64,000 nucleotides of DNA. Source: Phoronis australis. Taxonomy: Eukaryota > Animalia > Phoronida. Below, one piece after another: positions 13,862-28,800 of this stretch. A program made the position numbers and the translations under genes. The notes below the pieces were generated by a model. It saw only the letters and a list, made by a program, of their open reading frames with translations, did not search any database and was not told where the DNA came from. Location of the stretch: NCBI GenBank assembly GCA_002633005.1, contig NMRA01000258.1:427971-491970 (forward strand), read 5' to 3'. Numbering within the stretch: the first letter of the stretch is position 1; each line of letters starts with the position of its first letter.

Positions 13862-16800
13862 GTGAGTATGCTTTATTTGCTCTGTCTTAACGTGTGCTTT
13901 TGCTCTTTGGTGTGCTATATTTATCTAAAGAATTTAGAACACACTTCCGTTGCAGTTGACGGCTAGCCTTGGCCTGAGCTGAGGCTGGGCTTGGCTTGGG
14001 GTAGGCAATTGATGCATCGCCCTGGATTCCGCAGGCGATAGTACATCCCCTCAAAAAGTTAATCATTTCAAAATACAGGAAATAAAATCAAATGAAACAT
14101 GCATATATACACATGGAGTTATAAACAACTCATACCATAAGTCTGGAAACTATTCAGTCAAGATAATAATAACAAATCGATGAAAATCTGTCGCGGTTTC
14201 TCGAGTTTCTCTTACCTGGTGCCATTTTGAGGAAAATACGTGAAATCTCGTGTTGCCTAGGCTTGGGGTAGGCAACACGTAGCCCCTTGGTTGGCCGGTT
14301 AGGGGCTACAATACTTGCCATCGCTTTGTTAGTTTGTGTACACATTTAAACGGGCGGTAGGCCAAATCCTGCCACCGATTTTGAGTTTTCACCTCGTCAA
14401 AAATACATTCTACACTTAAAACTATCACTTAAAAAAACACTTACTTTCTTCATTGGTCCTTTCTTCTTCTATACATATCTTCGATGAAGCTTAGTTTTGA
14501 GAATTAAGGTGACTTTGGCGAAGAATTCCAACTCCACTTTTTGGTTTGCCATTAACTTTTTCACCACGTGCGCGATAACCACAAAGTATGTCAACTGAGT
14601 CACGTGAGTTAGGCAAAGTTATTGGTGACTAAAAGTGGAGTTGGAATTCTTCTTCATCGAAGATATGTATAGAAGTAGAAAGGACCACTGAAGGAAGTAA
14701 GCGCTTATTAAATGATAGTTTTAAGTGTGTAATGTATTTTTGACAAGGTGAAAACTCTTAATCCTTAGCGGTTTTCGCTTACTGCCCATTTAAAATACAC
14801 AGGACGAAATTCATACAGAAAGAGATGGGAAGTATTGTAGCCCCTAACAGACTAACCGAGGGGCTACATGTTGCCTGATTGATTGGGTGCAAAGCTGTAT
14901 ACTGAATTTTCAGATTTGTGCTGATATAGGTCAAAAACGGATCAAATGAAATTTGACACAAAATTAGTGTCGTAAAAAACTAAATTATTCACCGGTGTTG
15001 GAAAAATTGGCGTTCTACCATTATTCTGCTACTAAATGAAAGTTGTGGAACGATCTTTTTTTATTTTTTATGTTATTTTTTACACAAAAAGACAAAGAAC
15101 ACCGCAGACATGCACACTCACACACACACATACCCCACAACTAATCCTCTTGACTGCTAAGAAAAACCGTTTCAAAGTTACACCATCTTTTTTGTACAAA
15201 TTCTGAATTCAAATCCTTACGAGCATTATACTTTTCACTCATATAACATTCATTGATGAAGTTAAAAAATCTACTTAGAAGTAATCTTTTTGATCCGAAC
15301 TTTTGGGTATAAATAAACCGTTTACCCAATAATAAAACATTGTTTTTAAAATTTTCTTTTTTATCAAAAAGCTAAAAATAACGTTATTGCAGGAGAGAGT
15401 GCCGACACACTGGGGATTTGCTTTGCTTAGAATTTCGTTATTAACTTTTGTCCAAAATGAATTAACTGTTTCACATTCCCAAAATAAGTGTTTCAAGATC
15501 TCTTTCGATTGTCCACAAAAGAAAGAAGAGTCGTCATCCGTAACTTGAATTATTTTTAAAAATGATTTAGTAGTCAAAATTCTCGTCAAGAGTCTGAACT
15601 GAAGCCACCTAATTCTTGGGTCTCTTGTTGTGTTATATAGAAGGGAATAAACATCTTCCCATGAAAAATTATTTGTGTTTACGTTCACTTGGTTGGCCCA
15701 TTTTGACTCCGCTTTTGAGACTTCGGAACTATAATTTAATTGTGTACAGATATGTTGACACCCTCCCTCACCACTTTTCAGTTTCATTAAAATCTTAGGC
15801 ATAACAAGATAATATGCATCAAAACTGACAACTCTATCAATAGCACATTTCTGTTGGTACTTAAATATCACTAAAATTAGACTTTAGTATTTTAATACCA
15901 GCAAACTTCAAAACAAATTTTGCTGCTGCAAAGCTGTCACCTTCTGAGAGATGTCGCAAAATTTTAGAAATGGCGCCTGTCATGAGTGTACTAGGTAGAG
16001 TTGAAGTAATGCTAGAACCTATGCTAGGTCCTCACTAAAATCTACCCAAAATCACGTGTTCTCATTTAAAATGCACGACAGTGTCTCATGTAATCTCACG
16101 AAGTCTTGATTTTTAGCGAGGTCCTAGTGTTACTGAACTCTACTTAGTTATCAAAATGGCGATGGACTTTTCTTTGTTACTCCCAGATGTTGCATCCACC
16201 CCCGCCGGTCATTAGCTCTAGATGCTGATATAAATTTCACGACATGGTGACGGAACTACCCAGGTTGTGTGAAATTTTGGGGTCTAACGGAGCTCAACAC
16301 ACAGTGGTACTTAGCTGTATTTTGACGATAGTCTTCGTACAGCTAGGTGGTTGGGTTAGGCCCAGGCTAAACAGAGATCACTGTTTCTAGCTGGCCCCAG
16401 TAGAAACAGTGAAGCTCATATAGGAGATGTACATTTTTAACACTGTGCATGCTCCTGGGGGTCGTGGTAAAAGTAGGAGCACGCACAGTGTAAAAATGGC
16501 CAGTTGCCAATTTGGGAAACTGAACGATGGACTGCTCGAAGAAAAGGTTTGATTATGGGAATTTTTTGTTCGAGTTCGAAGGAATTAAAGACATCGACGG
16601 CCTCCTAATGGGTCCCTCTATGCGCAAAAGGTACTTATAACAACCTGACTTTGATGTTTTAATCAGTGTAAGGTATAATTCTCCAAAAAGCCTCCAGCTC
16701 CTTTTGGAACTTCACTTTCTCTACTGGGGCCAGTTAGAGATGGTTGTCACTGTCTAGGGCCAGGCTTGCTCTAAGCCAAGACTTGAAAAGGCAAGTGGTA

Positions 16801-19800
16801 GACTTAGTGTACAGCTGTGTAGAATTGGTGCAAGAGCTTGGTCAAAGGTGTATAAATATACATATAGTTTTGGACCCATACAGGTAAAAAAATGTCCAAA
16901 TTAAATCTGGCACAGATTTAATGTCATTAAAAACTGCACTCTTCCTTTCAAGAGTAAACAAAATTAATTAGCAAGGCGAATACAGGTGCTAATTAAAAAT
17001 GCTGGTCTAATTCTCATTAAGTGAATATTGCAAATTCAAAAACCGCCCTGTGGTTTCTTTGATTTGGATCACGTCTTCACTTAACCCAGTTTTCTGTTGT
17101 AGAAGTGGAGACAGCACCATGCTTAGTAAACAAACCCTTAAAACAGGATTGTAAGGCTGCACAGTGAAAGTGTAGAATCAAGTGCCATTCACATCACACA
17201 TCAGTTTACCTTAAGAAATACCGTGCCAAATATAACTGCACGGAAATCAAGCCCTTTGAAAAAAAACTTACTCGAAGATTCGACTTTTTACTATTTGCTT
17301 GTCACTCTGCCATTTATTTGCATTTTTGTGAGTTCGTGAACTAAAGCATTCACTTAGCTGATAGGCTGGCATTGGGGTCACTACATGTTGTCATTAGGTC
17401 AAAAACTGAGATCACAAGATGGCAGACGATTTGATTCGTCAGTGTTAGAGGAAGGTGAAAAGAGGCGAAATATAACCGGTAAGGTCGTTTGTGGTTTTCT
17501 AAACATGTCAAGGAAATTTCATATGGTTTGTACTAACACACTGAACAAAAATTTCCACCCAATCTTTTGGTTTAAATCCATTTCACCAAGTGGTGAAAAG
17601 CCCTACATTATGCTGAGCATGGACTTCCTCTTTGGGGTTTGGTTGGCTTGTATTACAAATCAATCTAGACTGTACCACTGTCTCATCTGGCCCCAGTAGA
17701 GAAGCTGGCCATCTCATCAGCCCTCCATATGCCCGAAGCTGGTAATTATTGAAACATGGATGATCCATGTTCCATGATGGATCCCCTCCATAACTACGAA
17801 ACTACTCATCAGAGATTTAACGAAAGATGTCTCATTCTATTCGTCATTAATATCTATTCAGGTGATGACATATTTCAGGTTCGACGTCATGATCTTTTGA
17901 TACCTTGACTCAGAAACAAGGTACCTTACAGTGGTCCTACTATTACCTGGAAGCTTTTCACCGAATTGTGCCTCACACTGATTAAACCATCAGAGTCATG
18001 TTGCTGTATAAGTACCTTTTGTGCAGAAAGAGATACCTTAAGAGGTCGTTGATGTCTTAAACTTTTCCCCGCTTGATCAAATACTCCCACAGTCAATTTT
18101 TTAACAGTCTTTCATTCAGTTCCCCAAATCGGCAACTGGCCCCTTTTTACATTGCTCGCGCCAGGGGATATGACAGCATATCCTCTGAAGATAAATCTCA
18201 GTTGGCCTAGTAGGGTGCACGGGGGGATTATCAACCTGCTCCTTTAGGATGAGTAGCTTGGTATGTCCAAGGTACTAATAACTTTTGACTTGGACCACTT
18301 GGTTGTGAAGTTTGTCTCATCTTGATTATATGACAACAGTCTCATATTCTTTCCAGACTACTCGTACAGTGGACAGTATCAGCCCCCGTTACCTCCAACC
18401 CCACCGGTACAACAGCCACCCCCTCCACCACCCAGTCAGCCGAACCATTACCAGCAACATTATAGTCACAGGACTGCTGCTGGTCAGACAGCATATGTTG
18501 CTCAACAGGTAGGTATTCTCAACACTTATACTACGTGGTTGAAAAAGTGCAAATAAAATTTGTTCTTCACCTGTTTAGCACACAATACGATAGCCAACTA
18601 GAATTTCACATTGCTGAATTCCTTATCAAAAATATCATGGAAAATTACTTTTAACGTAGTTCAATAGAGTTATCAAGTGGTCTTAGGGTTTAAGTCCTCG
18701 GTGACAAAGTTTTTGAATCTTAAGTTATATCTATCTAAGTTTTGAGTCCTAAAATATATCTATCAAAGTTTTTGAGTCCTAAGTTATATCTATCAAAGTT
18801 TTTGAGTCTTAAGTTATGTCTATCAAAGTTCTTGAGTCTTAAGTTATATCTATCAAAGTTTCTGAGTCCTAAGTTATATCAAAATGTTTGAGTCCTATCA
18901 AAGTTTTCGAGTCCTAAGTTATATCTATCAAAGTTTTTGAGTCCTAAGTTATATCTATCAAAGTTTTTTTTTGAGATTGGTTTGTATACCTTGTTAACGT
19001 TACCAAAAATCTGCTTGTATAGTTTTATTCTCTTATAATGATGGAGTGTTTCACTGATGGTATTCCCTCTTAANNNNNNNNNNNNNNNNNNNNNNNNNNN
19101 NNNNNNNNNNNNNNNNNNNNNNNNNNNNNNNNNNNNNNNNNTGTCGGTGCCGTTTTTACTGACATTGGTCATGAACCTATCATGTGATATCAAAATTGTT
19201 CAGAAACGATTCTGTTTGAAGCAGGAACTGGAATAGAAAATTTGGTCAAAAATGACTCATTCCACACCAAGAAATTGCCTCATTTTGCCCCCAAGAACAC
19301 TTCTCTTGTACCTCCTAAGCCACCAATCTTTGTGGTGTCATACTTCACCCAATTTCTCTCATCCCTAATGTGATTTATCAGACTAAACATGGATCTGAAT
19401 GGCTGACCCCCCACCTTGCCGCTTGTTGGCTGTACAGTGGTCGGTGGATCCGTGGACTGATACTTAACATTTAATTGTTGCTTCCTGTCTTTGTCAATTT
19501 TTTGCTTAAGTGTAAAAGTCAGTTTATAAGTTTATTTGGTGGTTAAATTTACTTGTAGCCGCAGTATGCAACCTACTCTTATAATCCTGCATCTGGATAT
19601 TATGGCAGTCATGTCCCAATGCCTAGTGGACAGTCGTCAGGGTACGCCAGTGGTCAAGCTCCTTTAGCTGGTGGACATCCCTATAGCTACAGCAGTGGTC
19701 AAGTCACAGCGTCCAGTGGTCAGTCATCTGGATATAGTAACAGTCAAGTCCAATTAGCCAATAAGTCAGGACATAACAGGGGTAATGTCCCATCAGCCAC

Positions 19801-22800
19801 CAATCAGTCGTCTACATTTAAGAGTCGTCAAGTTTCATCGGCCACTGGTCAGTCATCTGGCTCCAACAGTAGTCAAGCATCAGCAGCTAGGAATCAGACA
19901 TCTGCTCCCAATAGTGGCAAAGTGCCATCATCTACTCATCAATCAGTGCCTCAGCAACAGTCGTCATATGCAGTGTCTGAGGTTGGAAAGGCTTTGGTGA
20001 AGAGTCTAGGTAAAGAACGTAGACACATGAGCAATATAATCATTTCTAATCTTAACAGTTTTAGTTCATTTTAAATACTGATAAGTGCCAGGCTCCAGAA
20101 TAATGGGAGTTTTAGTCATGTTTTTGTAACTTTTTTTATTCAATGATACTTAGCACAATAAAGTTTTAATGTACTAATGATAAGAATCCAGTGGGGGAAC
20201 CCTCTGAATATTTTCCTTATTTAAGACCTGGCCTGTCTTGGTAAGTAACAGATGCTATCTAATGTATCTAACTATGGTACAGTGTTGTTTATTGTTGTAT
20301 CTGTGCTTTGTCACCAGCTTCTGTTCCTCTCTATCCTCTGAATTGCTTGAAGAATCATGATTAGAGTTCAGTTGCATTCCTATTGACTAGAGGATTGCTG
20401 ACTTGCTTTGTACCCTTCCCTCTCTCCCTCCCACCTCCCTCCCCAAGAGGGTATTTTGAGTTTACTAGCATTGGTCTCTTCAGTGGCAGTGAAAAAAAAT
20501 AACGATCATCCCTTGTCTCTGCATTGTATGCGATGCAGGCTCTGTTTTGCTCATGTCACTCTCTTTTTGAAAATTTAAGATTTGCTGTACATTTTTGTCT
20601 GCTAGGTTCACTGTTAGCTTCACAACAAGCCAACCTGGAGAATATGGTGCAGAAAGCAAAGTCAAGCAATACTGTGTTGAAGCAGAAATTCGTCAAATCT
20701 AGTGGTCAGTAATCTCAATACTATTGTGCACTGAAAATACATGTAAAGTACGTGTAACAATTTGAAGTGGCTCTTAACACACGATTCGTCCAACACGTGA
20801 ACTTTGGATCTTTAACGTCACTTGCCACTGTGAATTTGGTGGCAACGTTTCTTACTCAGCTGAGAAGAGATATCATTTCTGAGAATACAAAGGACTAACA
20901 GTTTGGTGTTCCGCAGGGCTTGGAATTTTCCGCGGAAACGCGGATTTCCGCTTTTTTCAAATGTTCTGTCCGCGCATTTTATTATATTTCCGCGTTAAAA
21001 AAATCGGATTTGATATAAAATTCCCGCGGCAAATTCCTTTCTTACCGCGGTGTTGCAGACGACGTTCACCTCGAAAAGCAGAAGTTGCTCGTTATGTTTC
21101 AAAGGAACGTAAATTGTAAACATTGCCGGGGCATCTGGGATAGCATGGTAGGATTTTCAATGGCGTCTCGTGTTATTGTAAACCGCGGCGACAAATACTA
21201 CGGCTCTGCAGCCAAAAATGTGTGGGTTGGGAGTGGACGGACGAGCTAAAAGGACGCAGACGCATGCTAATGATGGTGGTAACGTTTTTTTTTTTTAGTC
21301 CTCCCGATTTTTGTCGGGAAAAGGTTCACATCGACCATTTCAAGGCTGGGTAGCGCGCATGATTTGGGCCGTAAAAGTTTCCGCGTTTTTTGTCATTGGT
21401 CATTCCAAGCCCTGATTCCGTGAGATGCTTAGGGCATAAAATGGCTCATCGAGACAAATAACTTGTAGAGCCTGGTCTCAATCAATAACAAATCTTTTCA
21501 AGCCCAAGAACAATACAAGTTCTGACTGAGAAACACCAATTTCATACTTTAGCAGTAGGAATTGGTATATGTCAGAAGGCGGATTTATAGCCACTTCCAA
21601 GTACAAGTAATAACTTGAATAACCGTTCAATTGAATTGCCTCAGACAAGAGTTATGTAACCTTTATTTCAAGTTCTGAGTCTGTGCTGATACTTAGGTAG
21701 ACTAGGTGACGTTCCTCTTTGACCTTTGATCTTATTGAGGATCTCTGACAGTATAACACTGATGTTGTACAGGAATTGAAATACTTACAGTACATGCGAA
21801 ACTTACATTTAACTATGGTCAATTCATGTTTTGTGTCACCGTTGTCGTGTCCAGTTATTTTTGACGTCTGCTGTAGATAACTTTGAAGCATAAGTTCTAT
21901 AATAAGTTTGTCATTATTGTAGTCGAAGTCTTGTAAGCTGATCAAATACTACTAGCTAATTTCAGTAGTCGTTGACTGTTTTATGCCATTAATGACATTA
22001 CATTTTGGTTTTGATGTCTTGTACCAATTGAGAATTTTTTACAGAATGCACATTTTCCATTTCCTCTGTCCTGTTTCAGTACCTCTCACCAATACACTGG
22101 GGACAGGCCAGGTTCTGGAGGCCAGAAGCAACAAGTTGACCGTTCAGCTGGGCAAGTCTGGCATGGGTTATTCTGGCACTCAAGGGACTGCTAATCGAGG
22201 CAAACCCCGACAACAATGGGTGAAGAAGAAGAAGCCCCCCCATGGGGGCGCACAACCACCACCAGCTCCACAGCAACCCAGCACAGGTCTGGGCTCTTCC
22301 ACACTGTATTTGACTGTGGTTTACTGGAACACAAATTCTGTGTCTTTCAGAGGCCCAAAAGTTATGATCTCCGAAATGTTTGAGACTGTTTAGCTACCCA
22401 CAACAGCCATCAATATGAAATAGTTACTCGTCTTTCCTTCAAAATTTAAATTGAAACCCAAATCAGATGAGACTCTCATATTTTGCATACATAAGGGTTT
22501 TTGAAAGTTTGACATTCTGAACCCTTTACTGCTGCATTGTGGGAGATTTAGTGTACTATTATATACCCTTTTGATCTTAAAATGTTTGCAATGTCATATG
22601 TGTTTTGTGGCATGTTCTTGAGAACTTTTACATGAAACTTATCAATTGTGTTTCAATAGCCCATTACTTAAGTGCCTGAGCTGAACCATGGAGGCTTTTT
22701 GGACCGCCAAATGCAAAAAAAAAGGATTTGATATTCAGCGAAATGTTTGGACGTCTAAGTAGGCCTTGATGTTTAATTGCAGACAATTTTTGTAGCTGAT

Positions 22801-25800
22801 AGAATACGGAAACAACATGCAATTTTCCTGTTATCCAAATTTGTGGAAGGCGAGGCAGTCTCTGTGAAAGATACTTTTTCAAAATAAACAGTCACATGAC
22901 TTTAAACATGCAAGTATCATTTGGGTGCATATTGTACAATTCTGCGATCATCAGTGATTTGGAGCTTTCACCATTTCATGGATTCACAGTTTGAGTTGTT
23001 AGAGAATGCTTTGAAGAACTGTGACTCTCCTTAACTGAAAGAATGCAGTGTTCTTTCAAGTCAATCAGTATGACTCTACTTGATCTCATGTTGAACCTTG
23101 TGGTGCTTTTGTTACTTAACACGCCTTTTGGATAGACAATCCCAGTGTAAACCTTCGTGTACTCTCCTTAAAGAATGTTCACCAGTGAAGGGTAGTTCAC
23201 AGCCCGGTAAAGCACCTGAGCTGTGTCCGAGTTGGAATAGGGTTAAATAGGAAACTACAGGTGGACAAGAAAGGATCAAGTAATAGATGTGTTATAAACA
23301 TTGAATAACATTTTGGGTTGATTTCCTTTTTTGGCATGAATCTATGAAACATGTCCTCATCATCGTCATTTTGATGTGAGCTCTGACCTGTTGTACACTT
23401 GATCGACTGCCAAATTTTCTCTGTTGCACTGCAATTCACATACCAGTCGGTAGCCCATCTCTGTATGTCGAAAGGCTACATTTCATTACAGATCCTAATT
23501 CTCATAATGTTCAGGAGTTGCTTTAATTCATCATCTTGAGGTCTGACACTGACGCTTTAAAATTTCCGAACTCGTTCCAGAAATTAAATTTTCCATTGTA
23601 AACATCATGTGTTACTTGAGGAAGCCCTGTTATGTATTCCACCTGTCGCAACTATCTTTGAGATTCTGAGATTGGCTTGAGGATGATTTGTTAAAGCAAT
23701 GTGGCTGTTACAACTCCATTATTTCCCTTTCTTGAATACTTCCAACACGCATTTGTAGGTGAGAAGAAGAAACCCAGGCCCCCCAAGGAGAAGGAAGTTT
23801 ACCAGCTACATCACCATGGATTGGGTTATGAGGTGGACCCCTCTGCTCCTGCACCCACCCCTAACACCAAGATAGTCATCCTGGGTGGACAGGGAAAGGG
23901 TCGGGGGAAGAATGTAAGGTACGTTAAGACCGAGGAGTTTGACGTGTTGCATCCTGTGGCTGGGTAAAAGCCCCAGGGAACAATGCCTTCAGGCACATTA
24001 CACAGAGCAAGTGCATTCCTATCAAAACGGAACAACTTGACGTTTTTCTTTGATAATTCATCAACTTCTGTGCCCATTTTTGGCAGTTTCAATTTTTCAC
24101 ATTACGTCGCCAAAATCCCCCAAAGCCATATTTTTGCCATGGAGGAAGGCAACCGACAATTTTCAAGCAAATTTGACCAGCGCTGTGCCACCTATTGGCA
24201 GTATGTTGTTTACCATCAGCTCAGTTTGCCAAACTCCTTCAAGAATTTTCATGAAATTTGGCAGCTGTATTCTGTCAAGGGGCAGACAGCACCTATCAAC
24301 TTTCTTTAGAATACAGCCCTGTGCCTGGGATGAGAGGTGCTTTGTGATACTCGTTTTATTTCTACTGTGAAGTAACAAGTTCGTGTGAGTACTAAGAGCG
24401 AGGTTTTTCATTTTTCACTTGCAGGATTATGCGCGAGTCGGTGTTGACGAATACATCTAAAACTCTGTCCCAGTTCCAATCTCAGGGGGAGTTGGCCACT
24501 TTAACAGAAGAGCAGCTTGCAGCTCAGCCAATGGATGAGCAGTTTGATGATGCAAATGAGGGTAATGTCATAATGTTTATGTGTTAAATCTTTCCTGACC
24601 AGATGTGCTCGTTTTCAGTGTCCACAATGACCTCAATGGATCTTTAGACTTTTACTTTTTAATTAATATCCAATCATAAATTTCAAGAATTGTGATTACA
24701 GAAAGTCTACCCTGAAAAGCACTAAGCTTATAGAGCATGTTGCCTGCCATGTTTTCAGTTAAAGTCATCCTGCATTCTTCATTGCAGTTTTGTAATGTTG
24801 ATTGTACTTTGAGTGATACTGCATATTATGTGCTCTTACAATTTATTGTCTTTTACCTTCACAGAAGACATGGTTATGTCTGACGATGACATGCCTGAGG
24901 AGCCTCACCCAAACTCTGTCCGGGAGGTGATGCAGATGACCACGTCTCCTGGTGCATACCCCCAACAGGGCAGTCGCAAACGAAAGCATGATGGCGAACT
25001 GCCGTTTGGCATGAATCAGCTGTTTGAGCAAGAGAGGGTACTAGATGACCACCGGCTGGCCAATGAAGAGCTGGGCAAGTTGGGCATGTGTGTGAAGAAG
25101 TTGGTGGATAAGGAAGGTTAGTATTGGTGGAGTCCACTCACAGTCTGGGCTGGAGTGAGTTCCCATTGGTGAGTGAGAGTGAACACATGTTGATGGCTCA
25201 GTAGTGAAGCGACACTGGTGAACTCACAGTGTGATCTAACACTGGTGGGGGGCAGGTGGTGTTGAACTTAGAAATATTGTGTTATGGATATTGTCTCGTA
25301 GTTAAGTGAAGTACCTGCTCACTTGATTTCCAGCATCGTAATTCTGTGCCCTTATTAAGTGTGTAGTGGCACGTGCTTTCATTTCCAGGTAAATCGATGA
25401 ATCGTGGCGAGATCTTCAAGAAAGCCCTCAACAGTTTTGTCATGCGCAGCACTCCAATCACCATGATCGTAAAGCAAGATAACGATGTTGACAATTTCCT
25501 TCGCTATGGGAAAATGATGCCTTATGCATGTCTTATGTACTTCGGTAGGTATCATAATTTGCTTTATAGGAGCTTAAGGTTGTCTACTTATTTGATCGTT
25601 TTGAGAGAGATGTTTTCGTAATCTTTAACGACAGCACACTGCTGCTACTTAATTCTGAAATATTTGTTTCTGAAATTGTTGTTTATTGGAATCTTTTAAA
25701 CTCTGTAAACGAAAAAACTGGTGTATAGTCGTAGTAACTTTCTGTGTGCCATCACTCCTGTAATGTTTCATGTTTGTTGAAGAATTTTTAACAGGAATCG

Positions 25801-28800
25801 GTGAAGATGTGCATTAGCTGTCTGTCTCGCTAATTGATTTGTCCTCTGGGCCGCCGGCCTAGTGGACTCTCACCTTGCGACTGCGTGTAATTACAGGTAG
25901 AGTATTCGTGTCTAAAGGTGGAGGGGAAACACCTGAAGGTGCCAAGCAGCAGGTGGGTCTACACAAGACAGGGGCTTACACTCTACACACACTGTTTAGG
26001 GCACTGGCAATGCCATTTGTCCATTAGAAACAACCCTTGTAGTCAATTCAATGAGTGTGACTCATGTCAATACCCGAGAAGTGTGATAACATTGCTTTCA
26101 TATTACAGTTAATGGACACATATTTTCTTTAAGCCATTGCTTGTGTAATATGCTTACTGATGGACACAATGGAAGTCAGCCAGCATATTCAGTGTGTGTT
26201 GCTCTCCACACAATGAACAAAATGATAAAAAGAATTAATTCTGTATTTGCGCTACGATGAAGAATCTTAAAATGTTCTTCATGGGACATACTACTTTTTC
26301 CTAGCATTCAGTTTGACATCAAAATTAACTTGCCTGAAGTATGAGAACGACATTTGACTTGTTCTGTTGGTAGGTGTAAGTGAGTGTCAGCCCTGGTCTG
26401 TGTACTCCCTCACTGTTTGTGAGGGAGTACTGCCAATTGTGTCTTCAGCTATTGTTCCGTCATTGAAAGTAATTAGAGAAGTTCTTAAATAGACCATAAA
26501 ATCTAAAACATTCTTTGACAGTAATCCTTTCCCAATCATACGTACAGTAATAATTGCTTTAATGGAGAACGCAGTGAAACGATGTTATGTAGGACTTTAT
26601 CGACTTGTCAAATGTCTTAAAAAATTATAATATATATAATTTTATTTTCTGAATGTAGAAAACTTGTAGAGTTTTGATTTTTGACTTTATACCGATTCAC
26701 TATATTTATTTGGATCATGTGCCATGTCTTTTTAATAAAATTTAGCAAAAAAGTAAAGGTACATCCATAGAAAAAACAGTATCAATAACATATTAACCAA
26801 ATTTCATTCGATATAAATGTTCAAGTTGAAATCTCAAAGTCACTGTTACAGTTTACTTAAATTATCATTTCGTTTGATACAGTTCTTGAGTTTTTTCACA
26901 AAAATCATCAATATAAACACAAAAGTCTTATTTTTGTACCCCCTCATGCAAAAGTAGAAACTTTTAAAAACAGTTCCCAAGAGCATTATGAGTAACAACG
27001 CTCGGAGCAAAGTATCTGGAAGTTTAATATGAATTCGATGAGTCATTTCTGAGATATGTTGTTTCAAAGTTTGCCAAATTTGATCATTTCTGAGGGGTCC
27101 TATGTAACCATAATGGTTGACGTCTGTGATTTTGGATGTTCTTTTGTTTGATTTTTATAACTGTAAGTTTTTGAGGGACGAAATTATAAAAATGTTTGAA
27201 CAAAGGAAAGTACATCTTTTACAGTTACAGTCACGTGTAATTACCAATATTGTAAAAAATCATTTTATGACTAGGTTTCTAATTAAAAAACAGTATTTAC
27301 TGTAGTTTGACATTTAGTTGTCAGTAAACGATCACTTCTGAATGTATTTGTGAGTTATTTTGCTCTGTCAACATTTAGCCTCAATAGCTTAGCTCGCTTT
27401 ACAACCTGTGACTAGGTAAAATGTGATCAAGTCTGTTTATTAAAGCCTCAGAGCACGCCAAGGTTTCTTGTCATTGTTGACATAATTCTTGAATTTTAGT
27501 TTTATGCAGTAGCAACCATACTATTGCCACATTTTCATGGAATGCAAGTGCATTTCAAAAAACTTGTGAATAAGTCAAAACGCATATTTGTTTCTGGTGT
27601 GGGCCACTTCTCATTTGAAACTTGCGAGTTGCTGCTTCTGTGAAAAAAACAACGCTTTTGGTGTTGTCACCTGTTTTTTTAAAATAATGACAGACTAAAA
27701 ATACCACATCACTGCACAAATTTTCAAAAAAAAAACAGACCAGACCCATTGCCGTTTTTTGTCCTGACATGATTTTTTTGGGGCTATAAAAATTTATTTC
27801 CACCAAGATTTGATCCCTACAAGTCAGCCCTGTGAGTGCGTTTCTTGAATGCAGAACAGCATTGGCTGTTGTTGTGTTTAACATTGCATTGGCTGTTGTT
27901 GTGTTTAACATTGCATTGTGTTTACAGTCGTATGAGGTTGCCTGTAATCGTCTAAACAAGATGTTATTGGAGGAGGTACTAGAAGAAGCCAGTGTTGAGG
28001 ACAAGCAGTTCCCTAATAAAGGCTCAGACACCACTGAAATTAGTCGGGAGACCATCTATCCGAAGGTGACCAGGAGAATCCCCTCGTTACTGGATAGTGA
28101 ACCAGACGGTGGCGGTCATGGCAGCAGCCATGGTGTGCCTCCAATGTATGGAATGACCGCACCAGCTGGTGCTATGGTTCCACCGATGTGGGGTGCAGAC
28201 ATGAACCGTAGTGGAACCCGGCCTTATGGGATGGGTCATCAGCCAATGATTGAGCCTATGTCAATGAGTGGTACGAGGGCATCCCAGGGACGAGAAGAAT
28301 ACGAGTATGGGCCCGTATCTGGGCAGCAGAGTGTGACACCTGTTGTTGATGTAGGCAAGCTGGAGAAGCTCAGTCAGATTGTGAAAAGAAGTCGCAAGAA
28401 GGAAGGTAACGGTGGTGGCTTGCGCTATGGGGAATTATTTAAATTATACCGCATAAATATTTATATGGCCATGCAATAATCATGTCATGTGATTGTACAA
28501 TAACCTTAAAGATTATTGTACGGTCATGTCAGGTGGTCATTGCTCAGGAAAGAAAATAAAATTGACAAAGAACTGTTGGTTAAATCTGCGCTATGTGGTA
28601 TAAAGACGTTTAAAAGTCATGATTTTATACGAGCGAGTTAATAACCTCAGTGCTGCCACCTCTATTAATGACATCATCCTTATAAATACATATCATTCAT
28701 ATATTTCAAAGACTAGCTTGATCACCTGTAATGCACATACCACTTGCTCTTTACTATGGCTAAATCAAAATAATTAACGTCCGGGGAGTTGTGAAAATTT

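Larger units (their letters stand above)
10900..14400. promoter_or_regulatory. CpG-retaining putative bidirectional promoter region
   Basis: Visibly more CpG than the flanks; TGACGTCA (CRE) near 11272, CGGAAG near 11240, CACCTAGCGG at 13741; contains the predicted NKRF-like first exon. Confidence 0.4.

Noticed and set aside
23983-24411. Overlapping 80-108-aa ORFs in NKRF-like intron 6
   Set aside because: The flanking exons join in phase without them, they have no recognisable motifs, and gcgctgtgccacctattggc suggests a repeat relic.
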